64,000 bases of DNA from Mobiluncus curtisii subsp. curtisii ATCC 35241 (GCF_000146285.1 NZ_GL385912.1:1222336-1286335); one strand, 5' to 3'. Shown: positions 21,146-31,090, numbered from the stretch's first letter. Program-made: numbers and translations. The notes: generated by a model from the letters alone, not told the origin.

Positions 21146-21532
21146 CTAAGATTCCGCAGCGCTACTCGTGTCCTCGGACGCGGTGTCCCACTGCACCCAG
21201 GCAATTTTGAACTCCCGCCCGTGCGTCAGGTTCCCGGTGGGCATCCCGCATTCCGGGCAGGTGAGGGCAAAGAACTCATCAATGGGGACATCCCGCGCGC
21301 ACCGCGGACAGTACACGCTGGCGGGAATCATAGTGACTTCCAGTTCGGCTTGGGCACAGATGCTGTCCTGTCGGGCGATAGACCAGGAACCATAGAGAGC
21401 CTCTGGAATTGCCTCCGACATGGTGCCCACATCGAGCGCAACTTTTTCAACTCGAGTAACCTGGGAATCAGCCTGTGCAGCCGCCTTTTCGACCGCTGCC
21501 ACCACCGAAGTTAACAGCCCAAGTTCATGCAT
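21146..21532 (-). CDS. second HypA/HybF-type nickel insertion protein
   Basis: 'MHELGL' N-terminus and 'CPRC...CPEC' zinc finger; 128 aa. Confidence 0.7.
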   Translation of the reverse strand: MHELGLLTSVVAAVEKAAAQADSQVTRVEKVALDVGTMSEAIPEALYGSWSIARQDSICAQAELEVTMIPASVYCPRCARDVPIDEFFALTCPECGMPTGNLTHGREFKIAWVQWDTASEDTSSAAES

Positions 21533-21555
21533 GAACCAATTGTCTCAGGAGAATC

Positions 21556-22809
21556 ATGAAAATCAATCTTGATGAAATCATCGACCCGATGGAGGGACGC
21601 ATCGTCGTCACTCACGATTCTTCCGGGCATCCCCACGCCCGTTTTGACCTGCAGGGCTTGCCCCGAGTGGACGGCATGTTGGTGGGCAAAACCGCGCTCG
21701 AAGCCTTGAAAATGACCGAGCATCTGTGCGGGATTTGCCCGGTAGCGCATCACTTGGCAGGAACCAGGGCGCTGGATGCGTTGAGCGGTCTGCCCCCACT
21801 TACGCCTGCCGCGCAGCTCACCCGTCGGCTGCTGCATTACGGTTCTATCGTCGAAGCCCACTCGCTGCGGTTCTTAATGCAGGACCGTGACGCCGGGGTG
21901 GCACTGAAACGGATTTCAAAAAAGATGCTGGTCGCAGCGGGCTCGCCAGGTCATTTTCCGGCGACGGCAGTACCCGGCGGGGTCAGCGAGTGGCCCGCTA
22001 CCCCAACCTTGTGCGACCTCTCGGCAGACCTCGCCACCGCACAGGACGCTGCCGCAGCCCTGTGCGATGCGGCTTTAGCGTCATCCCCCGAAGCGGCTGG
22101 AGCCGGCGACTTTACCGGAGCGGACGTGGCGCTCATTGATGACAACGGCGCCCCCGACGTGTTCGGCACCAGGGTCAGGGTCGCAAGGAACACCAGCGCA
22201 GTGGACGAGTTCGAGTTTTCCCAGTGGAATGACCGGATTACGGAGGAAATCCCCGGTTCGCCCGCCCCGCGGCCGTACTTGCGCGTTGAGGGTCCCGAGA
22301 ACGGGCGCTACCGGGTCGGTCCGGTCGCCCAGCTCTCCGTCGGGACTTTATCCACCCCGCGGGCGGCGACGGCACAAGCGCGGTGGCTGGCTGGCGGTCG
22401 GGGGGCTGCCGGGGCGCGTGCCATCATCACTTTGCATGTTTTGGAACGAACCGAAGCCCTGACCCAGCAGCTGACTCAGCTCGTGGAGGGGGCTGACCGT
22501 GGCGAACTCGTGGATCCCGCAACCGTGCGGTTCACTGCCGGCAGTGGGACCGGGCTGGTGGACGGACCGCGGGGCATCCTTGCTCACACCTATGCCCTCG
22601 GGGCTGACGGGACAATCGCGCAGGCACGCATCCTCACTCCCACTGCCCAAAACGAACCTTGGCTGGCACAACTGCTGACCCAGGCTAGTGCCCTCGACCA
22701 GGCACAACAGGCTGACGCTTGGGAACAATCCATTCGTGAAGCGGACCCCTGCCTGCCCATCAGTTCCGCGCCTGCCGGTCAGATGGGACTGAAAGTCGAA
22801 AACGTCTAA
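21556..22809 (+). CDS. HupK/HoxV-like scaffold (large-subunit-related protein lacking full Cys ligand set)
   Basis: 'EHLCGICPVAHH' resembles large-subunit L1 motif; C-terminal 'DPCLPIS' has only one Cys; 417 aa. Confidence 0.5.
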   Translation: MKINLDEIIDPMEGRIVVTHDSSGHPHARFDLQGLPRVDGMLVGKTALEALKMTEHLCGICPVAHHLAGTRALDALSGLPPLTPAAQLTRRLLHYGSIVEAHSLRFLMQDRDAGVALKRISKKMLVAAGSPGHFPATAVPGGVSEWPATPTLCDLSADLATAQDAAAALCDAALASSPEAAGAGDFTGADVALIDDNGAPDVFGTRVRVARNTSAVDEFEFSQWNDRITEEIPGSPAPRPYLRVEGPENGRYRVGPVAQLSVGTLSTPRAATAQARWLAGGRGAAGARAIITLHVLERTEALTQQLTQLVEGADRGELVDPATVRFTAGSGTGLVDGPRGILAHTYALGADGTIAQARILTPTAQNEPWLAQLLTQASALDQAQQADAWEQSIREADPCLPISSAPAGQMGLKVENV

Positions 22810-22878
22810 AATGGGACTGGGGAGTGTCGCGGCGAGAGAATCTCGTCTCATGATTTCCCCCGTGGAAAGGATGCCGTC

Positions 22879-23106
22879 ATGTGCGTAGGAGTGCCCTGCA
22901 AGATTTTGTCGATTGCCCCCGGTGTCATGCCGATGGGACGTATCGATGTGGCTGGTCACGTGCAAGACGCCTGCATGGCGTACGTTCCCGAAGCGCAGGT
23001 GGGCGATTATGTCTTGATTCAAAATGGATTCGCGATGAACCTGTTGACGCCCGAGGAAGCTCAGGATTCCCTGGACACGTGGCGGGAACTGGGTATGATT
23101 TCCTAG
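22879..23106 (+). CDS. second HypC/HupF-family chaperone
   Basis: 'MCVGVPCKIL' N-terminus, 75 aa. Confidence 0.75.
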   Translation: MCVGVPCKILSIAPGVMPMGRIDVAGHVQDACMAYVPEAQVGDYVLIQNGFAMNLLTPEEAQDSLDTWRELGMIS

Positions 23107-23252
23107 CGTTCGCCCTGCGGAGGGCGCCGGGTGCGGGCTGAAGCAGGTTCGAGGATTTCCACACCGTCGCGTGAAAAGGACCTTTTTCTAAAGTTAGGCG
23201 CACCTGTGTAAAATAAATGCTAGGTTTTATCCCCCTAAAGTAAGGATTCATA

Positions 23253-23639
23253 ATGGCATGTTTTCTGGTCCCCACCGCTGAAGCTGTAGTGGTGACGGCA
23301 GTAAAGAAGCACCTCGCCCACAAAGCACAAACTGGTGAAGCCTCGGAGAAGTCCGCACGCACCCTGGTCTTGGTTCGGAAACTGAACTGGCTGACCAACC
23401 TGCTGTGGGGCGGGGCTGTTCTGTTGATGTTTGAACACTTTTGGCATGGCGAAGTCGTGCCGTATTTCCCGTTCCTGACGGCAGCTGCCGACCCTGCTGA
23501 CGCGCAGCAAATGCTTCTGGAAATGGGCACCGTCGGAGTCGGTATGGCAGTGCTGGTGACATTGGTTTGGGCAGTCGGGCTCGCGGTCATTCGCGCTACC
23601 GAACGTCGCTCTGTCACCGATACTAACCCGAAAGCGTAA
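23253..23639 (+). CDS. small membrane protein, unknown family
   Basis: 128 aa, 3 hydrophobic helices, co-oriented after hupF-like gene with AT-rich promoter upstream. Confidence 0.4.
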   Translation: MACFLVPTAEAVVVTAVKKHLAHKAQTGEASEKSARTLVLVRKLNWLTNLLWGGAVLLMFEHFWHGEVVPYFPFLTAAADPADAQQMLLEMGTVGVGMAVLVTLVWAVGLAVIRATERRSVTDTNPKA

Positions 23640-23649
23640 GGAGCCCGAC

Positions 23650-24012
23650 ATGACCCTATTGATTACACTTTTTGCCGCCATTGTCTCGACCGCCTGGTGG
23701 TATTCTCACGCTCCGCAATCTAAGATGCGGGTGGACCTGCTGTGCTGGATGTACTGGGGTGCTTCCCTAATGTGGATTGTGGATTTGATTGCTGAATACA
23801 TCGAAGAGGGCGTTGCGGTATTCAATCCCGAACCTTTGGATATGCTCAATGACACCTACCTGGGCCTGTTCGTGGTGGCTCTGGGGGGCATGATTTGGGC
23901 AGTTTACCTGATTGTGAAGGATCCGCGCGGCGTGCGTCCGCCGCTGGATGCCCCGCTTACCACCGCTCCGGAAACCCCCGCGGAAGTCGCGGACTCAGTT
24001 TCTGTCGGCTAG
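23650..24012 (+). CDS. small membrane protein, unknown family
   Basis: 120 aa, 3 TM helices, 10-bp spacing from previous gene. Confidence 0.4.
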   Translation: MTLLITLFAAIVSTAWWYSHAPQSKMRVDLLCWMYWGASLMWIVDLIAEYIEEGVAVFNPEPLDMLNDTYLGLFVVALGGMIWAVYLIVKDPRGVRPPLDAPLTTAPETPAEVADSVSVG

Positions 24013-24046
24013 GATTCGGTAGCGAAACTTTCCATAAATTCGACAG

Positions 24047-24084
24047 TCTCCCCGGTCAAACGTTTGACCGGGGAGAATTTTTGT
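24047..24084. terminator. bidirectional rho-independent terminator between convergent genes
   Basis: perfect 14-bp stem 'tctccccggtcaaa cg tttgaccggggaga' followed by 'atttttgt'. Confidence 0.6.
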
Positions 24085-24144
24085 CACCAGGGCGGAGCTG
24101 CCCGTTGCAACGGACGTGGCGTGGCTCTGCCCGCGCTGTTCCTG

Positions 24145-24567
24145 TTAGCTTTCGATGACTTTGTCGGCGTCGCCGCCCACGGCGACCTGAATCTTGCGCG
24201 GCTTGTTTTCTTCGGCGACCGGAATGGTCACGGTCAGGACTCCGCCTTCGTAGTTGGCAGCAATCCGATCGAGTGCCAAGCCGTATCCCAGGGTCAGCTG
24301 GCGCGCGAAGGTCCCGGCGGGACGTTCGCGGTTCAGCCAGTGCAGGTCCTCACCTTCGGTGGGTTTGCGCTGGGCAGAGATGGTCAAGGTGCGATCCTCG
24401 ACGTCGATGTCAATAGTCGCGGGGTCTACGCCGGGCAGGTCCACGCAGGCGACGAATTTGTCGCCCTGACGGTAGAGATCCAGGGGCATCGCCGGGGTTG
24501 CCGGGGAGTGCAGTGCCGTGTTGAACATGCGGTCGATTTCAGTGAATGGGTCTCGATAAGTAGCCAT
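24145..24567 (-). CDS. Hsp20/alpha-crystallin family small heat-shock protein
   Basis: 140 aa, alpha-crystallin domain 'DLYRQGDKFVACVDLPGVDP...GVLTVTIP'. Confidence 0.85.
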   Translation of the reverse strand: MATYRDPFTEIDRMFNTALHSPATPAMPLDLYRQGDKFVACVDLPGVDPATIDIDVEDRTLTISAQRKPTEGEDLHWLNRERPAGTFARQLTLGYGLALDRIAANYEGGVLTVTIPVAEENKPRKIQVAVGGDADKVIES

Positions 24568-24795
24568 GATTTGTATCCTCCAGATAGTTTTTCCAGTTGT
24601 GTCTTTTTCCAGTTTTCGGCTGTGGTCCCGGCTTTCCCGGTTCCATTCAGTACAACCACCAGATTAGCACTCTTATTCCCAGAGTGCTAGTTAAACTTGA
24701 TACACATGGACTCAACTTTGTTTTTTTAGACACGTATTCCCTGATGAAAGACATAATTATGCTGCGGAAAAATCTGTCGAGAATGCCGTGTAATG

Positions 24796-25875
24796 TTAAA
24801 ATCGGTAGTCGTGGATGAAATCAACCAGCCGGCGAACCTCGTCGGGGTCAGAATCGGGATCCAGTCTGCCGGCGACATTAAAGACATGGGCGGGCGCACT
24901 CAATCCAGATTCCAGCACCTGACGCGCAGCTGCTTGGGCGTCTGAGCCACCGAGCAGGATGAGGTCCGGGTCGAGGTTCCCCTGCAAGACCATCCCCGGC
25001 ACAATTTGTGCTGCTTCTGCCAGGGTTAATTCATCACCCACGCCCAGCACATTTACGTAAGGGGAAATCGAAGACAGCAAATGTTCAGCGCCCAGGCTGC
25101 AGGAAATCCGGATGATGCCCTCGTCGAACTCGTTATATATTTCGCGCGCATAGGACTCCGCTAGGCACGCATATTCTCCCTCAGTCAACGTCCGCACCCA
25201 TGGATCGACCATCTGAATGACTTCCGCGCCGCCCCGCACTTGTGCCATCAAAAAATGACGCACCAGACTCGAACACCAGCTCATCAGCCGTTCCCAGTTC
25301 CGGGGCTGCGACTGCATAAAGATGCGGGTCTGGAGGTTTTGCGGGACGCTGACGGAGCCTTCCACCAGCAGCGAGGACAGCACGAAAGGCGCTCCCGCGA
25401 TGGCGATGAGGACTTTTTCGGGTGCTAGCTCACTGCGCTGCGCTCGGCTGAGCGTCTCGACTCGTGACCAATCTGGCTTAGGCAGAGTCATGATTCGATC
25501 CACATCCGCGGTGGAACGCAGTGGTCGCATGGGTTCACCGTGGGGGTCGATTTTGCGCACCAGGTCGTAACCCACCAACCTCAGGGGAAACAGCACGTCA
25601 GAGTTACACAGGGCGGCATCCACACCGAATTGCCGCACCGGATCTAGCGCGGTTTTCACCCCGACTTCTGGACGCAGACAATAGTCCATCTGTTCGCGGA
25701 CGCTCAAATCCTGCCAATTATCAGGGTGTTGCAGCACGGACTGACCCAGGAACCAGACCGGGGTGGAATCGGGGCGCTTGCCCCGGTATGCCTGACGGAT
25801 TGGGGAGTCTGTTCGTGTAGCCGGATGTGGCGATGTGTCTGTCGTGTTCACAAGGTGTTCCTGGTCACTTTCCAC
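24796..25875 (-). CDS. hemE: uroporphyrinogen decarboxylase
   Basis: URO-D family 'RPDSTPVWFLGQ', 'MVDPW'; start uncertain (N-terminal 25 aa atypical). Confidence 0.75.
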   Translation of the reverse strand: MESDQEHLVNTTDTSPHPATRTDSPIRQAYRGKRPDSTPVWFLGQSVLQHPDNWQDLSVREQMDYCLRPEVGVKTALDPVRQFGVDAALCNSDVLFPLRLVGYDLVRKIDPHGEPMRPLRSTADVDRIMTLPKPDWSRVETLSRAQRSELAPEKVLIAIAGAPFVLSSLLVEGSVSVPQNLQTRIFMQSQPRNWERLMSWCSSLVRHFLMAQVRGGAEVIQMVDPWVRTLTEGEYACLAESYAREIYNEFDEGIIRISCSLGAEHLLSSISPYVNVLGVGDELTLAEAAQIVPGMVLQGNLDPDLILLGGSDAQAAARQVLESGLSAPAHVFNVAGRLDPDSDPDEVRRLVDFIHDYRF

Positions 25876-25995
25876 GGTCTTTCCCTCTCCTTTTGATTAA
25901 GTTTATAGCTTGCCACGCAAATTTCCACGCTGCTGATTCAGAATTGTTAGCCCCAAATACCGCCGCTACTGGCGAGGGCTATCCACGCAGCTAAA

Positions 25996-26037
25996 AACCA
26001 TTAGCGGGAGCCTCATCGGAGGTTCCCGCTAATGGTT
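25996..26037 (-). terminator. rho-independent terminator of surface-protein gene
   Basis: 19-bp stem 'aaccattagcgggagcctc atcg gaggttcccgctaatggtt' with T-run on minus strand. Confidence 0.55.
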
Positions 26038-26085
26038 CTACAGGAGAGAGTCAGTCTCTCGTTTTATGCAGTTATGTTCAGCTGA

Positions 26086-29000
26086 TTATTCCTGGTCAAG
26101 TTTGCGACTCCGCAGACTGAAACAAGCACCCATTCCCAACAGCAAGGCTGCTATAGCGAGGCTGAAGGGTACCGAGTTCACGCCCGTGTGAGCCAAGGCA
26201 CTGGGCATCTTTGGCTGATAGGGAGCAGCCGGAACCAAGGATGGAGTCGCGGTCACTCCGGCTACCGGGGGCTGCGGAGCTTGCTTGCCACCGTTGGCGT
26301 TCGGGGCAGGCTGCGCATGTTCCTGGACTCCTGCCACCGGAGGCAGCTCCGGGCTGGGAGTGGTGCCACCGGGCGTCGTCCCACCTGGGGTGGTTCCGCC
26401 AGGGGTACCACCAGGCGTTTTCCCGCCGGGCGTGTTCCCTCCGGGAGTATTTCCGCCACCGTTATCACCCTTGGTGATGTTGACTTTACCGGTGCTGGGC
26501 TCGGAGGTCTTAGTTTTCTCCGGGTTCTGCGGGTCAGGATAGGTCACGGATACCTTGATTTCGCCGGTCTTTGGCTGGGTCGGGGTTCCCGAGATAACGC
26601 AAGCCGTGCCATCCTGGTTCAGCTTGATGGTCAAACCGGCGGCTAGCCCCTCGGCGTGGCACTCCAGTTTGGTGATTTTTCCGGAGTTATCAACCGGGAT
26701 TTCCACCGGCGTAACCGGTTTGCCGGTTTCTCCGTTCACGTCCGGGACAGTACCGACGGTTGGAGCCACGGGGCAGCCATTGGCGTCAACCTTAGCGCCG
26801 TCGGGGGTGCCGGGGCAGTGGTCCTCACCCGCTCCGGGATGATTCGGGTCTTGCGGATCAGGCACACCGTCGCCGTCAGAATCTTTACCTTTGATGGTGA
26901 CATTACCGGTCGTATCAATCTTTCCAGCCGAATTGTTTTCATCCTGCGGAGTGTAGTTGACGGTCACGGTGTAGGTGGTGTCAGCCGGGACCTTCACGGT
27001 CGGGGTGCCCGAAATCACGCATCCATGCTTCGCTTCGTCATAGGCAATGCTCAAGCCCGCCGGCAAATCCTTGGATTCACAAGTAATCTTGGCTTTGCCG
27101 GGGTTGGCGACTGGCACCACTGCCGAGGTGATGGGGTCGCCTACCGTGCCGTTGATGTTCGGGGTCGGACCGACGGTCGGGGCTACAGAGCAGCCATTGG
27201 CATCAATCTGAGCGCCCTCCGGGGTGCCGGGGCAGTGGTCCTCACCCGCACCGGGATGATTCGGGTCTTGCGGATCAGGCACACCGTCGCCGTCACCATC
27301 TGGTTTATCAGTAATAGCTACGCTACCGTGGCTGGTGGCAGTGCCACCCTGGTAGGTCACTTCAACCTTCAGACCGTCTTGGTTCAGAGCTTTGTCGAGA
27401 GTGGTGGCAGTGCTTACCGTGCAGGTCCCGTTTTCCCACTTGGCGGTCAAGCCCAGGGGCAAATCCGCCGAGGTGCAATTCGTCACGATGTGGTCGGGGT
27501 CAATGATGACGATTTGTGCCGGATTGATGGGCTTGCCCACAGTGCCGCGCACAGTGAAGTCACTAACCGTAGGAATCGCACATCCGTCTGCGGTCACCTT
27601 ACCCTGGTAATCCTTTGGGGTATTCGAGCACTTGTCTTTGCTATCCGGCACGCCATCGCCGTCCCCATCACCATCGGTAGCGATGAAGTTCGCGGTGGTG
27701 TTCGCACTGGTTCCGTCGCTGTAGGTGACGATGACCGGCACTCCAATTGTGCCTTCCTCAGTGGGAGTGAAAGTGATGGCACCGTTCTCGGCAGCAGCGC
27801 CCTTCTCAGGTACAAAGCTCGTCGCGGAACCCTTGCGGTCCTTGCCTAGCCCGTTGTACGGCAGATGTTCCACCTCAGATGTGGTCGCGTCATCAAAAGT
27901 GGGGGGCTCGGACGTTGCTTTCTGTCCGACCTTAGCCTCGGTGTCACGGTAGTTCGGCTTGTAGCGCTGCGTCAAAGTGCAGCCGTCCTGGTCTACCGTA
28001 GTCCCGTCCGGGGTTTTCTCACATTTGTCTTTATCATCGGGCACACCGTCACCGTCAGCGTCCCTTGTCTCGGGAACCGCCGTGAATGCATCCATTGCCA
28101 GTGGGGTTTCGATACGAGTTCCATCAGCGGCAAAAGCGTAAAGCTTCGCAGTATAGGTGGTCTTACGCTCCAAGTTGGCGGGAACTGTCAAAGGACAGGA
28201 TTTCAAATCACCCATAGCGTTGGGACGCTGCTTCTCGCAACTACCACCGGGTACGACCTCGCCCTCCGCGCTCCACTCGATTTGGTACGTCGTGGAGTTG
28301 TTCCATGCCTTCGGCAACCCGGTGGTGGTTGTACCGGCGGTGTCTCCACGCTTAGCCAAGTTATCTGTAGTGTTGTAGGGGTTTACGTCAAAATCTACGT
28401 ATTCGGGGTAAAGCGCGAAATTTACATGATTGAGATAATTCACCATGTTAGTTACTGGCCAACCCGCGGTGGTCAAAGAACCTATATAACCTTTGAAGGC
28501 GTTGTTATAGAAAGGGCTAGTTTGGGCAATGCCCGGATGGTTTTCTATAGAGATAAACATCCAATCGTCATTAATGTGCTTGGAATTCGCGTTTCCCTTG
28601 AGCCACGAGCCTGTTTTCGCATCAGCCGCGAGAGTGCCGCATAATTTCTTGTCAACAAGACCGCATTTTTCCTCATCTGCAACATGGCTACCCCAAGTTC
28701 CCTTGAATTGCAGGGCATACTCACCATTCGCATCCGTTTTCGTGGTTACGGTTTCTGCAATCCAGTTATCCACGCCTTCTTTGGCAATCTGATCTTTAAT
28801 CCACGCCTGCATTGAGGCTTCATCTTTTGGCGTCCAGATAGCGATGCCACCCGCCCGAGGGGTCTTACCGGCAATCGTTTTGTACCCAGTCATGATGCGC
28901 CGGATAGCGGAGTCCTTCAGATAGGAGCCAGTCACTGTTACGCCTGCAACAGGTTTGTCCTTATTGGAGTCGAAATTAGTTACGGTTCCCCAGTTCAGAC

Positions 29001-29691
29001 CGCCAGGCAACTCAAAAAGGTTCCAGTACACACGTCCTGCAACAAAGCCAGCATTCTGTTTCGGACCATTGTCACTAGCTTCGGAAAGATGCATCAGAGT
29101 GGCATCCACCTTTTCCGAGTATGCGAAACGTAATCCCGTCACTCGATTGGAACCAATCAGGTTGGCTGCACCGCCCGCAGTGTCCATGACAATACCTTTT
29201 GGCCCTACTTGAGAATGGTTCCAGGACCACAAAAGTTGATACTTGCTAGTGTCAGGATTGACCGTCCAGACCCGCCATTTCTCACCTTCGGGCAAGTTTG
29301 GGTCGGCATCAAATTTGGCCACCTCACCGTTGTCTTTCACAAACTGCTTCATTGCAATCGCGAAAGAACCGTCAGCCCTTGAGGTTGTCGTATAAATCGG
29401 GGAGGTGGAGCCATCCTTTTCGGTCCACTGCGCATAAACACGAACACCAGACAAGGGAACGCCGTAGCCTTTTTCAGAATTAGGAGCCTGCCAGAGATCT
29501 CCACCCTGCTGTTGGAACACAGAACCCGAAATTGAATGGTGAGCGTTAACCGAGGTCGTGGTCTCAATCGCCCCTGCAATCGCTGGACCAGTGGCAAATG
29601 CGCCGGCAGTGCCGGCAACCAGCGTCGAGAAAACCAAAGAAGCTGCCCCGACGTAGGCGAGCGCGGCTTTCGTCAAATCTGTCTTACGCAC
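26086..29691 (-). CDS. cell-wall-anchored surface protein (signal peptide, Ca-binding TSP3-like repeats, LAHTG sorting signal)
   Basis: 1201 aa; N-terminal signal 'AAAL...GAFATGPA'; repeated 'DxDGDGVPDxxDxC' motifs; duplicated about 100-aa module; 'GGNTPGGNTPGGKTPGG' linker; C-terminal 'LAHTG'+TM+'RSRK'. Confidence 0.8.
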   Translation of the reverse strand: MRKTDLTKAALAYVGAASLVFSTLVAGTAGAFATGPAIAGAIETTTSVNAHHSISGSVFQQQGGDLWQAPNSEKGYGVPLSGVRVYAQWTEKDGSTSPIYTTTSRADGSFAIAMKQFVKDNGEVAKFDADPNLPEGEKWRVWTVNPDTSKYQLLWSWNHSQVGPKGIVMDTAGGAANLIGSNRVTGLRFAYSEKVDATLMHLSEASDNGPKQNAGFVAGRVYWNLFELPGGLNWGTVTNFDSNKDKPVAGVTVTGSYLKDSAIRRIMTGYKTIAGKTPRAGGIAIWTPKDEASMQAWIKDQIAKEGVDNWIAETVTTKTDANGEYALQFKGTWGSHVADEEKCGLVDKKLCGTLAADAKTGSWLKGNANSKHINDDWMFISIENHPGIAQTSPFYNNAFKGYIGSLTTAGWPVTNMVNYLNHVNFALYPEYVDFDVNPYNTTDNLAKRGDTAGTTTTGLPKAWNNSTTYQIEWSAEGEVVPGGSCEKQRPNAMGDLKSCPLTVPANLERKTTYTAKLYAFAADGTRIETPLAMDAFTAVPETRDADGDGVPDDKDKCEKTPDGTTVDQDGCTLTQRYKPNYRDTEAKVGQKATSEPPTFDDATTSEVEHLPYNGLGKDRKGSATSFVPEKGAAAENGAITFTPTEEGTIGVPVIVTYSDGTSANTTANFIATDGDGDGDGVPDSKDKCSNTPKDYQGKVTADGCAIPTVSDFTVRGTVGKPINPAQIVIIDPDHIVTNCTSADLPLGLTAKWENGTCTVSTATTLDKALNQDGLKVEVTYQGGTATSHGSVAITDKPDGDGDGVPDPQDPNHPGAGEDHCPGTPEGAQIDANGCSVAPTVGPTPNINGTVGDPITSAVVPVANPGKAKITCESKDLPAGLSIAYDEAKHGCVISGTPTVKVPADTTYTVTVNYTPQDENNSAGKIDTTGNVTIKGKDSDGDGVPDPQDPNHPGAGEDHCPGTPDGAKVDANGCPVAPTVGTVPDVNGETGKPVTPVEIPVDNSGKITKLECHAEGLAAGLTIKLNQDGTACVISGTPTQPKTGEIKVSVTYPDPQNPEKTKTSEPSTGKVNITKGDNGGGNTPGGNTPGGKTPGGTPGGTTPGGTTPGGTTPSPELPPVAGVQEHAQPAPNANGGKQAPQPPVAGVTATPSLVPAAPYQPKMPSALAHTGVNSVPFSLAIAALLLGMGACFSLRSRKLDQE

Positions 29692-29980
29692 GTTTTCTTG
29701 CCTTCCTACAGAAACATGAGCTCGGAACCTTTATTCCTGTCCCAATAATATCCCAGCTTTTGCCCAGAAAAAAGACAGGATTTAATAAGGTTTACCTTAT
29801 CTACCATTTCCCCATGTAGACACAGTTTTAACCCGTGCTACTATAGCTATAGTTGTACTTACAAACCTGTAAGCAAGCTGATAATTTTCCCACTTTCCTG
29901 AAATTAGCATGAGAGTTTCCCAGCCCTTCCCGCCACTACGTGAAGTGAAGGGTCTGACCCGTGATTTGCCGAGGGCAAAA

Positions 29981-30011
29981 CAACGGGGCCTCCTTGCGGA
30001 AGCCCCCGTTG
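29981..30011 (-). terminator. putative terminator of zinc-ribbon gene
   Basis: imperfect hairpin 'caacggggcctcc ttgc ggaagcccccgttg' preceded by A-run on plus strand. Confidence 0.35.
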
Positions 30012-30055
30012 AATGCAAAATCCTCACTCCAGAGGTTCGCTTTGCATCTGGGATT

Positions 30056-31090
30056 TCAATAAACTTTGGTGCCACAACTGCCGCAGAATTGCCCGTCTAC
30101 CAGCGCATTACAGGCGGGACAATTTGTCGGGTGCGCGCCCTGAGCTGGTGCCCCGCCCATCTGGGCACCCATGCCCTGCTGGGGAACTGCCCCCATCGAG
30201 GGCTGCTGCATTGGCATCGCACCTGGCATACCGTACTGCATCCCCGGCTGCGCCATACCCTGCTGGGGCATACCCATACCCCCGACCATCATGCCGCCCG
30301 CCATAGGAGCCATACCCGGCTGACACATTATGCCCAGCTGGTCCATCGGAGCCCCCATGCCACCAGCACCGACGCGGAGCTGGGCGAGGGCCTGAATAGT
30401 CTGTTGAGCTTCCTGCAACTTTTGCATATCGTTACCCGCCCCAAAGAACGAGCCGCGCAACCGCACTTCGGGCCAGAACCGGTTGGTGGTGCCCACCACC
30501 ATGGTGATGTCCGTCACTTCGGAAGGCATTCCCGCATCGTTGATTTGATTGCCGACGGAACGGAAGTACTGGACCATTCCCGAACCGTTTACGAACATAT
30601 TGGCTGATTGAGAGTTCAGTTCGCCGCCCATCGTCCCCATCATTCCCATGCCGTTGCGGTGTGAACCATGGGAATCACAATCGTACTGATCGGGGATACC
30701 GTCGCCGTCCTCATCGTCCGCGATGGAATCGTAATGAATTTCCGCATAGAAATTACCCAGTTCGTTAAAGGCAAATACTTGGGCGTTGCCCTGCTTGTAG
30801 TCGCGCCCAATCTTAAACCGGAACCAGCCGTGGGTGTCGTCAAGTTCCAGGCAACACCCGGTCCCAAACAAGCGAGTGACTTGGAACTGGGCGGCACGTT
30901 CTTTGTTTGCTTCGCGCAACGCCAGGTGTTCGTTCACGTCCGCGACGGTGCGTTGCTTCCACCCCGAGGACAGGTCAGACAATTTCTTCTTGCAATCCCC
31001 GCACAGGAAGCCGTCCTGCAGCTTTTGTTTGGTGAGCATTCCGGCCTTTTGAAAACACAGCGCGCACTGTTTCGCATCAAATAAACCCAT
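30056..31090 (-). CDS. zinc-ribbon protein with Met/Gly/Gln-rich low-complexity tail (SPFH-associated type)
   Basis: start 'MGLFDAKQCALC...CGDC' N-terminal zinc ribbon; long 'MGMPQQGMAQPGMQYGMP' tract; C-terminal 'CPACN...CGSCG'; ORF opens at 31453 but start set at the MGLFD Met. Confidence 0.55.
   Translation of the reverse strand: MGLFDAKQCALCFQKAGMLTKQKLQDGFLCGDCKKKLSDLSSGWKQRTVADVNEHLALREANKERAAQFQVTRLFGTGCCLELDDTHGWFRFKIGRDYKQGNAQVFAFNELGNFYAEIHYDSIADDEDGDGIPDQYDCDSHGSHRNGMGMMGTMGGELNSQSANMFVNGSGMVQYFRSVGNQINDAGMPSEVTDITMVVGTTNRFWPEVRLRGSFFGAGNDMQKLQEAQQTIQALAQLRVGAGGMGAPMDQLGIMCQPGMAPMAGGMMVGGMGMPQQGMAQPGMQYGMPGAMPMQQPSMGAVPQQGMGAQMGGAPAQGAHPTNCPACNALVDGQFCGSCGTKVY

Noticed and set aside
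22348-23022. 224-aa minus-strand ORF overlapping the HupK-like and HypC2 genes
   Set aside because: spans two plus-strand genes and their intergenic RBS; no recognisable features
26656-28644. long plus-strand ORFs (397 and 259 aa) antisense to the surface-protein gene
   Set aside because: typical high-GC antisense open frames; translations are low-complexity Arg/Gly/Val-rich with no motifs, while the minus strand has signal peptide, repeats and sorting signal
29909-30607. 232-aa plus-strand ORF overlapping the zinc-ribbon gene
   Set aside because: mirror image of the Met/Gly/Gln-rich region; minus-strand frame carries CxxC ribbons and a terminator downstream
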